Shown in pieces: positions 26,001 to 41,000 of a stretch of DNA of 64,000 nt. The number at the start of each line of letters is the position of its first letter. Position 1 is the stretch's first letter. The notes beneath the pieces are model-generated. The model was not told the DNA's origin and searched no databases. It saw nothing but the letters and a program-made list of their open reading frames with translations. This DNA comes from Antedon mediterranea (lineage: Eukaryota > Animalia > Echinodermata): contig NC_092677.1 in assembly GCF_964355755.1 (NCBI RefSeq), positions 5,912,101 to 5,976,100 of the forward strand. Direction: 5' to 3'. The position numbers were made by a program, and so were the translations under genes.

Positions 26001-29000
26001 TAATCGCCACTAAGAATCAAAGCTAATTTATTTTTATATAGCTTTATCGTGTAATCATTACTGCAATTATGGGTTTTGTTATTAGAAATAAGTATTAAAA
26101 CGGATAGGATTGGTCGTTGATAAAATTCTCTTAAAGTACATCAGCTTTCGCTGAATCGATAAAAGGATAAGTAATAGCTACTGTCAGAGTGAAATGAATA
26201 TCATATGAATACGTTAATGATTGAATTTCTAACTCATGCGTTTCAATGATCAGGGGTGTTAAACTCTGCACATTTTCATTTTATTGACGCTTAAAATAGA
26301 ATGTCATTTACAGAAAGGATTCCGTTTATAGTACACCTCTCACGCTCAAGGCCTTACCATCATGACTTAAGTGAGAGTTTCCGATTTAAAGTGCAGTTTG
26401 TATAGTTCTAAATTATTTTTACTTAAAAAAATAATAGTATTGAAATGACTCTCTTTTATAAAAGGTAGTGTTCACGTTTTAGAGCTAGAGTTTTAATAAG
26501 TTAACACATATGTTTAATTCGCGAAAGAAAATCGTATTAATTTGAAATTGTGTTGCGCATGCGCACGCATTTTGTACCACGGCAAGGGCAAACAAACGGT
26601 TACCGTACCCAATCGGACTTGAACAACGATCAAAGCCTCAGTAGTATACTGATTAACATCAATATATTTAATATAATTTGCATAGTGGTTAGAGTGTTTT
26701 CCCTTTTCATTAAAATCAATAATATATCATTTCGTGGAACTTGATGTTTAAAATGAAAGTTTATATTATGTATCTGAATTTCTTTACAAGATCTTAAAAT
26801 AGAAACAAAAAAGTCATGTTCAACGTAATCATGTACAGATATAAAGGTTCAATGATTTGCAACCGACCTCTTTCTACAAAATTAATATAAACTATTTCTA
26901 TAGGGAATTCATGTTTTTTTATTTCAAAAAACAGAGGACAGAATGTTAAAATCCAGTTAAAGATTCTATTTGTAAGACTATCTTACTATTTTATTTATGT
27001 TCCTGGTTAAATTCTGTAGCAGTTAATCTTCTTTGCTAACTCTTCATAAAATTAATAATAATAATAAGTAAATTGAAGACAAGAACACGGTTAATGTTTT
27101 TATACGGTCTTGTTTTTATACGGTCTTGTTTTTGTTAAAGATGTATTGTCCCCCAAAAACATAAACAATTAAGATTAATTAAATCAGACTTGGAATATGT
27201 TATTTTGAAGTTTTAATGAAGTTAATCACTTCCATAGAAAAAAAATGAAAAAAAAATGTTTTAACTTGTAAAATGACAAAATAAATGGTTTAATTCAACC
27301 AAAAATCTTTTTGCTCTAAATTACATTTTTTCAGGTAAATACATTTTTTTCGATCCAAGTTTTGGTCAAAGTGGATAACTATTATGTTACATTAAAATGA
27401 AATATTCAACAAAAAATGCTTAAAGAATTATTTTTCAGGGGACAATACATTTTAAAGGTTTGTATGGTATGGTTTTTGGAATTATTGTTAAACGATGTTT
27501 CAAATTTTCTTTTTTTTCTCTTTTTCTTTTCTCTTTTTCTTATGAATAGGGAGTTGTTTACTTTTATTTTCATCAACTAATGCTATGAATACCTGATTAC
27601 AGTGATGTGTTCTCACATACAATATTTGCTGAGTATCGTAGTAATTTGGTAATCCAAACATGTGGTGATTATTTTATGTAAGGGTTATGGTCACCATGTC
27701 TATGATACTAGGTGATACATGTGAAACACTGTGATGCTCATGTCTATGGTCTGGAGAAATTCAGATAAAGTCGAGAATCGGGGGAATTAAATGTGTTCTG
27801 GGGGTTGGTTGAATCAATAAGTCGTTGTCGTTGTGTTACATTAATAATATAAGTTATTTTCTGAAATCAAATCACAAGAATTGTGATGTACACAGATTCA
27901 TATCACGACTTTTTTACAGTACTATACTATACCAAAAACTAAAACATGTTTATCAAGAAATATTCTGAGAAAACTTCGTCAAGATATGAGGATTTGTTTT
28001 AAATGAACTGCAGTGAACTTGAACAGAAATGAATTAAAAAAAGACAGATACATAATTGTAGTTATTTCTAGTTCTGTTGGCTTAATGCAGTAAATCTCAT
28101 GAATTGATAATGTTAGATCACACGGTTTTAAGGTCACAACCTCCTAAAATATTTATTTCCATCGATTATGAAATCATTACTTCATTTTGTACATCCATAT
28201 AATTATGACACCGTGTAAATATCATTAAATATCTCTAGATGGAATTTTGAAGTTCGTATTGATTGCGGTAGATTACTCAAGCAATTTAGGCCTACTTTGT
28301 TTACATTAAGTAATTTAAGTAAAATATAATTGAAACAACACCATTTAAATATACCCTGGGGAATCTCATAAATTAATAACAAATATCTAAGTATTTAAAC
28401 AAGATACTCTAATATTGATGACAAATGATAATACCTACATGAATTAACAAAATACATACAGATAATTGAAAATAAGACGATGGTCGAAATTTCAGGTTAG
28501 TCAAGAACACAATCCACAGAACGTCTGCTTCGTTCAACACGCAATGTTCTTATTGTTCTGTTTAACTATAGAGTATCACGGTGTGACGTTAGCACCGTGA
28601 TACGCCATTGATAAACCTCAAATAATATAAACATTGTTTACTGCAAATAGTTTATGTTTTCTCTTACCTGAAAGTAAAATTGACGATCTGCCATTCCCAA
28701 GTGGATTTGTTGCCATGCATGTGTAATTCCCATAATCTCTTGGTTTAACCGTTAACAGGACAAATTTCATGAGTCCATCATCGGGACAGTATAGCGGAAA
28801 CCTGCAGAATAATAATCACTAAGGGAATAAAGTCGGTTTATTAATAATTATCCAGCGCACATAGACCACATGTACGGTAACCAGATGAATGTTTTATGCG
28901 TTTCTCTAGTAAAGAATGTTCTCGTAAACTGACATTGTTTTATGTATATGCCATTAACGTTTTAGTCAGTTGCTCTGTGAAATAAAAAAAGCATAGATTT

Positions 29001-32000
29001 CTACTCTGTATTGGCATGGAAACGATAATGTGTTTGTAATCAATTCATTTTCTATATTAAGTTACTACTGTAGTTGCGAATTTTATTTATATAATATTGA
29101 AACCATATTTGAAATGTTATTCTTAGTATACACACAAGAGGTATGAACGCCAGTCTACTGATCTGGAAGACTTGCCCATTTATGTTCTCAATAATAACAT
29201 TTAAATACATATTATGTATCTAGTTTGAAGCATTTACGCCAGAGTAGGGCGGCAACATCTAGCCAATTACTCTTCTTCTCACATATATACATTGTTGTTG
29301 TTTACACTCTGGTTTTTGGATGGCATCAAATTAATGAGGAAGAATGGATCAATTAAAATATAGTTTATGAAATATACTTTACCATTTCCGTGGCAAATAT
29401 ACCTACTGTTTTGATGTATTAGTGTATTTTTACCTTAATTGGTGTTTATCCTTCGTTGTATCTAACTCAGAACCGTCTTTAAACCATTTAAGAGTGGCAT
29501 TCGGTATTGCGTTGATCTTACAGGCAAGAGTAACAAATTCGTCATCCAAACTGTACCTCAACACTGGTTTTACGGCAACCGCTGTAGGCCTGACTAGAAA
29601 ATGAAGATAAATGAAAGTTTTGTGGTTTTCTGGAAAAAGTAGGATATTCAATCGCTATCAAAATGGAAGAGATTCACTATTTTGGTACCTGAAATTTACC
29701 TGATGTTATCTTAAAAAAGGACAAGTAATTTGTACGGATTTGATAGTGCAATCTTAGGCCTACTCTCTTTACGAAAAGAGATAAATTGATAATGAACTAC
29801 GTCAATCTATGCGTCAATATGGGAATGTGAAGAAAATCAACGTAAAACCAAGACTAATTTTCGTTATATAATAGTGTCTAGTTTCAGAGGTATCAGAATG
29901 ATCATCTCAATGACTTTATGTTTGTTTTTAAAATAGCAACAATTCTGTTATCTTAAATCTTAGAAGAAGCCCATTCCAAAATAAAAAAAACGAGTTGATA
30001 AACAAGGCCATTGTTTTTCACTAAAACATGTCATAATTAACTGCCTTGCAAAACAATGATAATTATGCTAGCCCAAACATTCTTATTCAGCATTTTGGAA
30101 TCACGGCAAACAAAACAGTTTCTACCGGTTTGTATTCAAGATATCAACAATTGATTGACTTACATTGAACAATAACTTCGATCTCTTTCTGTGTTGAGTG
30201 TCCCAAAGAATTATTCGCATAACATATATATTTGCCGGCATGTTGTAATGTTATGTTTGCGATTACTATCGTTGCAACGCATTCATCTGGCACAAGTTGA
30301 CCTTGAATTTGACGATTGTCTGCCCGAAACCACGTCACAAAAGGTGTTGGTATACCATCCGCCCAACAAGACAATATCATCTGCGTATTGCGCGTAAATA
30401 ATCTAACATTTGTCTTACTGGAATGTAAATGCTTTTCAGAATACGGTTCTATATTACTATTAGTAACAGTTGGTTCTTCTAGAGAAAACAAAAAAAACAA
30501 CACTTATATTGTGTCGAATAAGACGTAGGCTGGATTTGGCATCGGGTGTGCGCATTTTGATGGAATGGAATTTTTTTTTAATGCTTAATTTTATGCACCA
30601 CACTAATTACTGGAATAGTTTCATATATATCATTAAATCACACAGAAAGTAAACTACTTTAAACAAATCACGGCTTCGAACCAACAGTAAAACTAGTTCA
30701 ACCACTGTCAAGAAGTTATAAAATATCACAGCCGTTTTAAGAAATATCGGTTTCCGTTTTATTACAAGTTGTAAATAAACATTTTATTATTTTTATTGTG
30801 TAATGTGCAATGAGGGCAATTTAAATGTTTTCATAATCTATAATAACCAGAGTTTGTTTCCTAACAACGAAATGTTTCCTCTTTCTAAAAAAAAGTACAA
30901 TTTAATCTTTTTGAGAAGATAAAAAATCTTCTTGAATTACCTAATTTGTTAGAATTTACTCCTCCGCCATCTCAACTAACTGTCGCCGACTTTATTGGAA
31001 GCGTTATGGTCTACTTACTGCATCTTTTATAGACCGGAAACGTTTCAAATGGGTTTCCATTCTCTTTCACTAAACATCCTCTCTTCGAACAAATAAGTTT
31101 AAGACTGAAATCGATTTTTGTTAACAGTATTTACATTCCAGAGGCTGTATTTACTAACTGGGCAATGTTTGTCAAACTAGGCTACATAATACTTTCCGTA
31201 TCAAGTTGATAATCACAAGGCGATAGCTTAAGTGAACATGCCTAAGAGTACACTTAATCTGATTCAGTCAGTCAATAATCATGACGAGATATGACGTGAC
31301 CATCGAAAGTCCGAACAACTCGTTAGATCACATTTCGTGATTGCATTCATTCAATTTATGCCTACAACACGTTGTAGAGAAAGCCTAGAAGATGAGTACC
31401 TATACCCGATATGTAGATGACAACCAGTGATCGGTTGTACGTGAGCTAAGTAGATCAGAAACTTGCTACCTCCGGGGGTAAATAAATAGATCGGATATTT
31501 TACGAAATGAAATTTTCCGAAGATTGAACTATAAATCAAACCAAGACGTACGTTTATTACGCAAGGAAAAAATTCTACTAAATTACTTCAATTGATGGTT
31601 TACCTGATTTATTTACGCATTTCATTTAATTCTGTAATACCTTTTTTGAATGTAAAAAGAAATCATGTCAACCACTGTAAGTTATGTATATAAAAAAATG
31701 GAACACTTCCAATTATATTAATGATAAATAGTTTAACATTCAAGTATCATGCTCAATTTATAGTTGTTGCTCGTTTGGGTTTACTATAAGAGGAAAGGAA
31801 ATGGCCTGTAATAAAAACAAACTGTGACCTAATACGTGTACACTATCAACATTGTTCCCATGATCAGTAAAAAAACAATAACTCGGAATATCACTGTAAA
31901 AAAAAAACAATATCTCCTATGATGGCAGTCAACTAACAATATCTCGTAATATACCGTAGCGGTCCAAAAAAAATATCTGTTAGGATCGGGGTCAAAAATA

Positions 32001-35000
32001 CAATAAATATCTCGTAGGATCGCGGTAAAAAATACAAATATCTCGTAGGATCGCCGTAAAAAATACAAATATCTCGTAGGATCGCGGTCAAAAATACAAT
32101 ATCCTGTAGGATCGCGGTCAAAAATACAATATCTCGTAGGATCGTGGTCAAAAATACAATATCTCGTAGGATCGCGGTAAAAAAAAAAACCAATAAGAAT
32201 ATCTTGTAGAATCGCGGTCAAAAATAAAAAATAATAGTCATGTCTTGTATGATCGCGGACAAAACACTAAATCTTGTAGTATCGCGGTCAAAAATACAAT
32301 ATATTGTAGGATCGCGGTAAAATAAAGGATATTGTATTTATATTGTGAACGGTTTTTTTTTTCACAATATTGAGTAGGATCGCCTGAGCTGCAATGAGTT
32401 ACGGAAACTCAGAAATAAATCTGTACTGCAGGGATATAGTTATAAATAATATTAGTCACTAGTAGTCACTCGATGTATAACATATTAATTAACACACTAT
32501 ACAGGTATACTGATGTGAGTATTATGTAGGAATATCATGATTCAACAATAGCTTGTATACAACACACATTAACAAACAAACAAATGTTTTGTTTACATAA
32601 TCTTACGTACCTATCATGAAAACATGTGCCGTATGTATGATCGATTCGCCTACTGTACATTGATACGATCCGGCATCAGTCGCTTTCGCATTCCGAATTG
32701 TTATTACGTAATGTGTCTTGTTCACTGTTAAATTCAGATCTGTGCGCCGAAGAGGTTCTGCCCCTTCACTGAGTACTGTTAGAAGAGTAGAAGAATAACC
32801 ATAAACTACGGTATGTGAGGCATGACAAATGCATCAAATGGTTATGAGTTAGGATGTACATGTACATAAACTACTGTAGTGGCATAGTTATTTGAGCATG
32901 TCATAATACCTCATCTCTTTTATGATGATAATCATCATCAATATGTTGCATGTGCAAACATTAAATATATTGTCCTTCTTAAACAATTTTTCTTTCAAAT
33001 TCTGTTAGTTGATGTTCCATAATAGTTACTCACATTAACCATTATCCCTAACATGTATTCTTCTAAGACCAAGAGACCATATTTTAAATGTTTGGTGGGA
33101 GAGAAATAATAAAGTGATAATAATAAGGTAGAGGAGAGAAAGAAATTGTGAGGAAGACCGATGAGGGAGGGAGAGATATGGAAAGTGAATAATGCGTAAG
33201 TTTGGAAAAGGTTAATGATGATACTCTTTGATAAGGCAGTGAATTCTCCCTGAGGAGGTAATTTAGAAGAATTATAGAAACCTCACAGGAAATCAGTAAT
33301 TATCATCGGGGCAAACATTACAAAATATAGCTTCAAATTAAACTACATCATTTTTCTAGCGCGGAACAAGTTGATCTTCGTTATGCTTCACTGACAGTGT
33401 GCCTGTGCGCATACTACTGTAGTATTTTGGTAAAACTTTTAATGTCAAATCGACCAAGTTGCAAAAAATTCAAAAATCGATAAAGATGTCGTTTACTATA
33501 AAAATGTGACATTTTTAATTGATTAAAAGCTACTGCTAAGGGCAAGCAGTCGTGACGGGTCTCTTTCTGAAATGACTGACCTATGCATGTTTTTTCTAAC
33601 CAAATTTAATCATAAACATTTAGATATCACCTATTTGGCAGTTCACCTTTGATGAAGTCAGTGAATGTGCTGTGTAAGTCTCGAACCATTAAGTATATGA
33701 TGGGTATATTCAAAGCTCTAATATTAATGATCGACTCAATAACTGCACAGTGCATTATATCATATAATTACTTTTTTTCGATATGTATAAATCAGTAAGG
33801 TTAAGTTCACTCCATATTTAGAAATGATGATGATGATGAGATGAATATTATGATGGTGATGACGACGACGTTCATGATGATGATGAAAATGATGATAATG
33901 ACAATGTTGATGATGATGATGAGATGATGAATATGATGGTGATGACGGTGACGTTAATGATGATGATGATGAAGATGATAATGACATTGACAATGTTGAT
34001 GATGATATGATGATTATTATGGTGATAGTGATGACGGTGACTTTAATGATGATGATGATGATGATGAAGATGAGAATGACATCGACAATGATGATGAGTA
34101 AATAAGCATATTTTTGTATGATTTTGTTTCATGCATTCCCAGAATACATTTTTGTTATTTACAATCTTTGATAATCTAATGAGATGGCTGATTATTTTGT
34201 GAAAATATATTTGAATAATAGTTACCTAAATGTCAACGTTTATTTTAATGTGTGACTATCTGTCAGAAATAAACCAAAATAATATGATTCATGTGTGAAA
34301 ATATATTTTTATGAAAATAATTAATTGCTTATAATGGTCCGTCTAAGCACAAAGTCCTAAGACGAATTCATTTTGTGTATCTGTACCCCTATTTATGTCA
34401 AATATCTTGGCCACTCTCACGCTATGGATGTAATTGTGTCCAATATTCTTTTCTCTAAAAAATGCATACCTAATATTTCAACGTTTGGTTTAATTTTTGT
34501 CCACCTATACTTTCCATAACTTTGCTTGTAATTCCCAAGTCTTGGACAAGCTAATGTGATAGATGAATTGTTTTGAAAATAAACCTTCTGATCAGACTGG
34601 TTCAATGATTCTGAAAGATACGAAAGTTATAGAATAGTAAAATTCATTCTAGGTCAATCTTTTTACGGAAACATTGTTAGGCCTAAAATCAGTGTTATCA
34701 TTGCGACTACAGTATGTAAAATGTCTCAGTAGCCTAATCAAATCATGAATACACAACTGAAACAACCTAATTTTGTTCATAGGTACTAAAAATAGAGGAA
34801 GGAACGAATGTCGGCTAACTTTATTGTCAGAAAAGCTTTTTCATTTCATTTATCATTATGACATCAACTTTAAAACCAAGTTTCAACTTGGCGAATGTTA
34901 AAGCTCAGGTACAGGCATGAATTTTAAATATAATATTTGGTTAATTGTACATAAATCAAATATTTGTAACAGAAATCAAGACGAAAAAACATGAATTTCC

Positions 35001-38000
35001 CTTAATATGGTCAAATACAAAATTTGGCAAAATTCTTCCATAAAAACCAGAAAGACTTTTTTTCAGTAGTTAGGTAGTTAACCTAATGTAATAACATGTC
35101 TGGTCCCTAGTAGGTGAAAAAAGATGGTGGATATACAGTGGATAATTTTTGCTATAGCATGAAAATAAAAATCTGAAGTTGAATAAAAATACCAGAAATG
35201 TAATATTCAAGTTATATTACCTATATTTAGTCATCTGATAACATTTTTTACCACACTGTTTATTTTTCATAGCTTTTTAAAATGCCTCTCTATTTACAAA
35301 ATTTGTGTACAAAAGAATAGAGATTTTACTGTGTAATTTGAACTATCCCCCACTGATAAGAAAGTGCTTATTTTCAACAAGCTCGTGTAACACAAATAAA
35401 ATCCCAAAAATTATGAAACATAGGGGAAACTATAGATCGATAATTATTGGAATGTATGATCAATAGAATTTTTTTGCCCGCACATGGCCTTTAAATGGCA
35501 AATGTAAATAAAAACGTTTAATTTAATTATAAAACAGGAAATATTAAAGAAAAATGAAACATTTACGTACCATTGCTTTTTGGATGTGGCGTTGAATTCT
35601 GAGTGTCTTCAGAAGTTGTTTTCTGTGCTGTCGAAGAACTCGTCAGAGGGGGGAGTATAGAGAGGCAGTTGTCATCTTTGCATGGGATATCTGTTGAACC
35701 GTATATTAATGATGTACACTTTCCTATGGAAAAGAAAATCACAAATTAAAACGTCATACTATAATGTATAACAATATGAACTTAGTCAATGTAAGGATGG
35801 GATAAAATAATTGTAATACATAAATAAAATAATAAAGTGAGATTCGGTAAAAACCTACTGTATAGAATAGGTTATTAATCATGAAGTGTAGGTCTAATTC
35901 TCCAGGACTGAGTATACTAAATGCATATTCACGAGACAATTCAAAGTAAACGGAATTAACAATTATTTGTAGGCTTATTCATACCTAGAAGTATACAAGA
36001 TAACTTTGTTAAATAATTTAACGAAAGATTTGAAATTAGTTTTCTCATGGCAACTTATAAAATAGAATAAAATCAGTAAAATATTAGAAGACAAAGTAAA
36101 ATACACAGTACAGTAAAAACATACAGACTAAAATGCATATACAGGATTTACAAAATATAAGTGTTCCCAGATGTTCCAAAATACAATTATTTGTGTTTGT
36201 CTCATTATATTTAAATATGTTTACGAATACATACTAACATGCAATTGTATTTAAGGAGATAAACTAATAATAAACCAATTCATATATCTCCGTACTTTGT
36301 AAGCAACTGCACAATTGGAATCAATACAACGGAATGGAGGTGCATAATAGCTCTATGTGATGTCAGGTTAGTAGTCCACTAAGAAAAAAACCTACATTTT
36401 CATGCGATAATTTAAAGCAAAAACACCTTGTAGTATACGATTGCAAACTAATATACTGACGGTATTTTAGAAGATTCTAAAATTACACAAATTCATCTTT
36501 GTAACTGGTATTAAACTACACATTTTAAATCAGAAAAAAATTATTCATCACCATCATAGGTCAAAGGTTCAATTACTTTTTGGCAACAAACCTAGAACAT
36601 GGTTAAACGTAGCTTCCATTCGAAGTACATGCTTTTAAAAGGCTCGTACAATGACTGAAATACCCCGTTTAAATAACATTCCATCAACCCATTTATTAAA
36701 GAGTTTCTTAAACCGAGCTAGCTTGGTTAAGTATCGTTATTTACCGCTTTGCGAGCGAATCTTTATTCAGTTTCAAGGTTTTACGAGTGAAGATTATAGA
36801 CAGTGTAGATGCCTAGTGTATTTATTATTAGCGTATGCAATGGCATGATTAGGTTCATGATAGTTGTTAAGTATGCTACGCTTGGTCATGGTCGACCTGT
36901 TGTTGACTTACAACGATTCTATCAATTCATTTTATACACACAAAAAACACAGCCATGCGTGAAAAATGAGCAAAACTCTACAGATTAACATTTTAACTTT
37001 TTTAAACCAATGAACCAGCATGTAAACACCTCCAACATCCTCAGTCAGATTAATTCAATCATATAGCCTTCTTCTCTCTGAAGTAATTCTTAGTCACCGA
37101 TAATAATATGTACCATCATCTGCAATTTCCCTCTAAATCCATATTTTTGTTCTAAATGTAAGCATTTATTTTCTTTTTTAACTTGTTACAATTTCAGTTT
37201 AACCCCTATGAGACTGTTTGCTGTTACTTGCATAGGTATAGGGTAACAAAAAATAAGCGCAAAAATGCGCCTAAAATGGACACTTCCAAACCGGTAATGC
37301 TTTATTAAAATTGGTTTTATTGAAGTTAATACATAGTATTCTTTGAATAAAGAAGAGACAGAAGGCGGGGAATTATAAACACTACTACAGACCCTTTGCT
37401 GATTTTATTTGAATATGTGAAATGAACACGTTTGGACGTTTGTACAGTATACCTACGTAACGCTATTATATTGTACTTTTGTTATTTGTGCCATTTTGTG
37501 CAGAATCAGAATCTTGCCGATGGATACGGTCGCATGACAAATGCACATTATAATTATGATTTAAAATGATGGCATATTCGTATCTTATGATGACATCCTA
37601 ACTACAAATAAATTAGAGATAATTGGATTGCGTAGAATAAAACGATACTAGTAATTGTTAGAGGAAATGGAGATATTTACATAAGAATAGAATGCAACAA
37701 AAACATATTCATCATAAGATAGTTACTTAAGATGTATAATCTACCTGCGCTGCACTACAGTTACGTATATAATAGTGGACGTTCTAGAGATTTACAAACG
37801 ATAGAATAGCAATACAGTATTTACTTTGCCAAAATCTAGAACAGGTCAATTTAAACGTATGGCGATACCTAATCAAAGAAAACAATCAGGTAATTACTAA
37901 GGCATACATTAGAAATCGTCATCATCAAAACAAATATTAAGCTATGTCTACAGTATCAAAATTGTTGGTATATATGGTAGTGATATTCCCAAATACGGTG

Positions 38001-41000
38001 GTCTTCATCATGTTCATTACATTATTATAGGTACATTACATTTTACAGGCTTTACTGAATGAAATCGACTGGATAATGTTTCATTATTGTTTACTAATTT
38101 AATAATTCATAGTAATGATAGTAATGCAGTTCAAATACATGCTTATTATTTGGATTGAAGTGCTGTTAAAAGAAAAAATGCAGTTGTTGGAATTGGGTAT
38201 GTTTCATAAGAAAGATATCACTTTCGGGATTGCCTAGTAATTTTGAACGTGAATACAGTAATATATGTGCTATAATTAGGCTATAATTATTTGCATTGTT
38301 TTGATAAAAGTTCAGTTGGTGGAATTGTTGTCTTACACGAATAAATTATAATTGGAAAGAAAGACACTAACTGAGAACAGCTTGAAACATAATAGGCTTA
38401 TAAAGCATTTGGAACATTACACTTTGCCAAAGCGTTGAGAGAGAAAGATGGTTTAAAACCATGTAACACAAAGAAATCATAGTAATAGGTCTACAGATTT
38501 GTTAAAATGGTGTTCATTTTGAAAATGTAAGGAAAACATAATATATCTATTTTTTTTTTTTTTTTGCCTTTTATCTATACAGTACTATTACTGTTATGGA
38601 TATCGTGATTCATGTAAACACAGGAGAAAGCGTGTCGTCTTATACGCATGCGTCGTCAACATTGTCTATTTATGGTGTCATACAAAGACATAGATACGAA
38701 GTACCTTGTCACCTCTATCATTGCATGTTGTAGTGAAAACACATCGGTATTGATAAAACACAAAACAATGCCTGTAAGCAGTGTACATTAATAACACACA
38801 CTTTGAAGACCGAAGAACAGGACACATTTTAATTAACCTTTAAGTTGAACTTGTTACTGCCGATTTTATGAGTTTCAATTCATGTCAAAAACGTATTTGG
38901 AAGTTTGTTACAAAAAATATGAAAACAAAAAAACGAAGATGAAGGTTGATGTGTATAACGTAACACGTGTTTTCTAGTAAAAGAAGAAATAGAATGTACG
39001 ATGTGTACAAATACATATCAATGATTTGATCAGATTTGAAACGTATATTTAATGGTGATTCTGGTTGCTACCAGTATAATTATAATTGTACTGAGAGTTT
39101 CGTTCAAGACGTGTTTGGGATAAATTAATACATTGCCTAATCAGAAGAGATAAGTATCCGAAATGTCACTCATTGGTCAACTGGCTTACGATGCGTCCCA
39201 GTAGAAAACAAGCTTTACCATTCACACACCACGATTGGTATTCAGCAGAATAAGTTATTTTAGTTATTGAATATGTTGCTATTTTATAAATGTCAAAGAT
39301 TAGTTCGGGTTGCTTTGGTAATTTATCAATCAATTATTCTAAATCAAAATGTCTCATTAACTGAAGGCAAGTACAAATATTTGATAATTTAAAGAGCAAT
39401 AAATAAATCCTTTTTGATGACGTAGGTAGAACAAATAATTTAATTGAATCTTAAAGAAGCTTTAACAAAACGACTTCCTCAACACGTCAATGCAGTAAAG
39501 ATGATTAAGAACTTTTAGTGTAATTTTAAATCGTTGGATCTCTATACACATTTTAAAGCATTATTATAGATCTGAGTTTTTATTTAAACATGGTCTCGAC
39601 AAACCGACGACATAGAAATCCACAGAGCTATTTATCACTCAGTAATCGTGATAAAACATTCTTAAAAAACTATCCTCCCCATAAAATGAAATCCCCAGCT
39701 TACCGAAAAATAAGAGATAATTCTTAACTCAGGAGGATTTTGCTTCCAGCATAAAGACAAGCCGAAATTCATGACGCGTTTATGATTTGAAGTTTATGTT
39801 AATGGTGTATGTTATTATGACAAATGGTACGAATCGTAAAGTTGTGTTTCCTTCAACCTGTCATTTAGGTAAGTCACCGAGGTATATTTGCAAATCTTTA
39901 GAATTAGTTCAAAATTGTGATGTGTTTTCTCTAATAGGCTATATGGCTTTTAAAGCCAACGAATCATCTGACGAAAAGCACGCAGATATAACTTTTCATA
40001 TAATAGTTAGGTTATGAGAAAATGGTTAAAGATACGAAATGTTTTTCTTTTAAACCAATCGTAGGCCTAGGCGGAGTTTTGACTTAATTTATTAGAAAAA
40101 AGATAAATATTTTGGCACATATAAAGATCGACTATATACTAGACTATACATTTCAAATTCAACACAATGTGCACTCACTTTCAGACATTATATCGCTGTA
40201 AATTAGTTTAAACATAATATAATTTAACTTTACCGTTAGCTAGAACACTTAGGACTATAACGCGAGAATTTGATTTCGATCTCGGCTTGTGATTGGCCAG
40301 AAGATGACAGACGATATATACATTTTGGCGCTTGACTGACAGGAATTTAATACAATATTATTTTCAATGAACGTTCAACTTAACGCACGCACGATGGTTT
40401 TTCAATATTTAATACTCTAAATTTTAGATGGAAATTGATAGACTTTGCAAATGCCAAATCAAAGAGTTGCAACTTATAATCATGTCGTTTTTGTTTTTAG
40501 AAATAGAAAAATTAACCTTATCAAATGAAGCACAATAAGATTAAAATTTACATAATGCATAAGTGATTAGAGTTTCTTATTGATTATTTTTCTATAAATC
40601 ACAGTTGGGGGTGTCATGAATTATGCAAAAGTACCAAAGCAGGCTCCGTGTACAGTTAATTAATAAAAAAGGTATTATTTCATTTTCAGTTAAAATCAAG
40701 ACTATAGTCTAAACCAAAAGCTGAAATACGTACACTTTTTCAGAGATAAAAATAAAATCATATAACATTGGCAATTAACTACAACTGCGCGCTGCGGAGA
40801 ATATGTACATAGTACAGTACTGTTTTCGCAGCCAGACAAAGATAAAAAAAACTGTTACGAGTTCCTATCTTGGCAAGGCGTGCTCCTGCTGTAGATTGCC
40901 TTGAATCAAACAAGACTAACAAGAGTTTTAAACAAATCACAAACGATTATTTTTTTTTCAATTATATTGGACTTAAATATGTTGGGACTGGGAACAGTTT

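Noticed and set aside
31829-32221. Repetitive ORFs (DRDPTRYCIF / TAILRDIVFL)
   Set aside because: Translations of a 30-bp intronic minisatellite with frameshifting unit lengths.
33760-33993. Ser/His-rich ORF
   Set aside because: Reverse reading of a GAT microsatellite.
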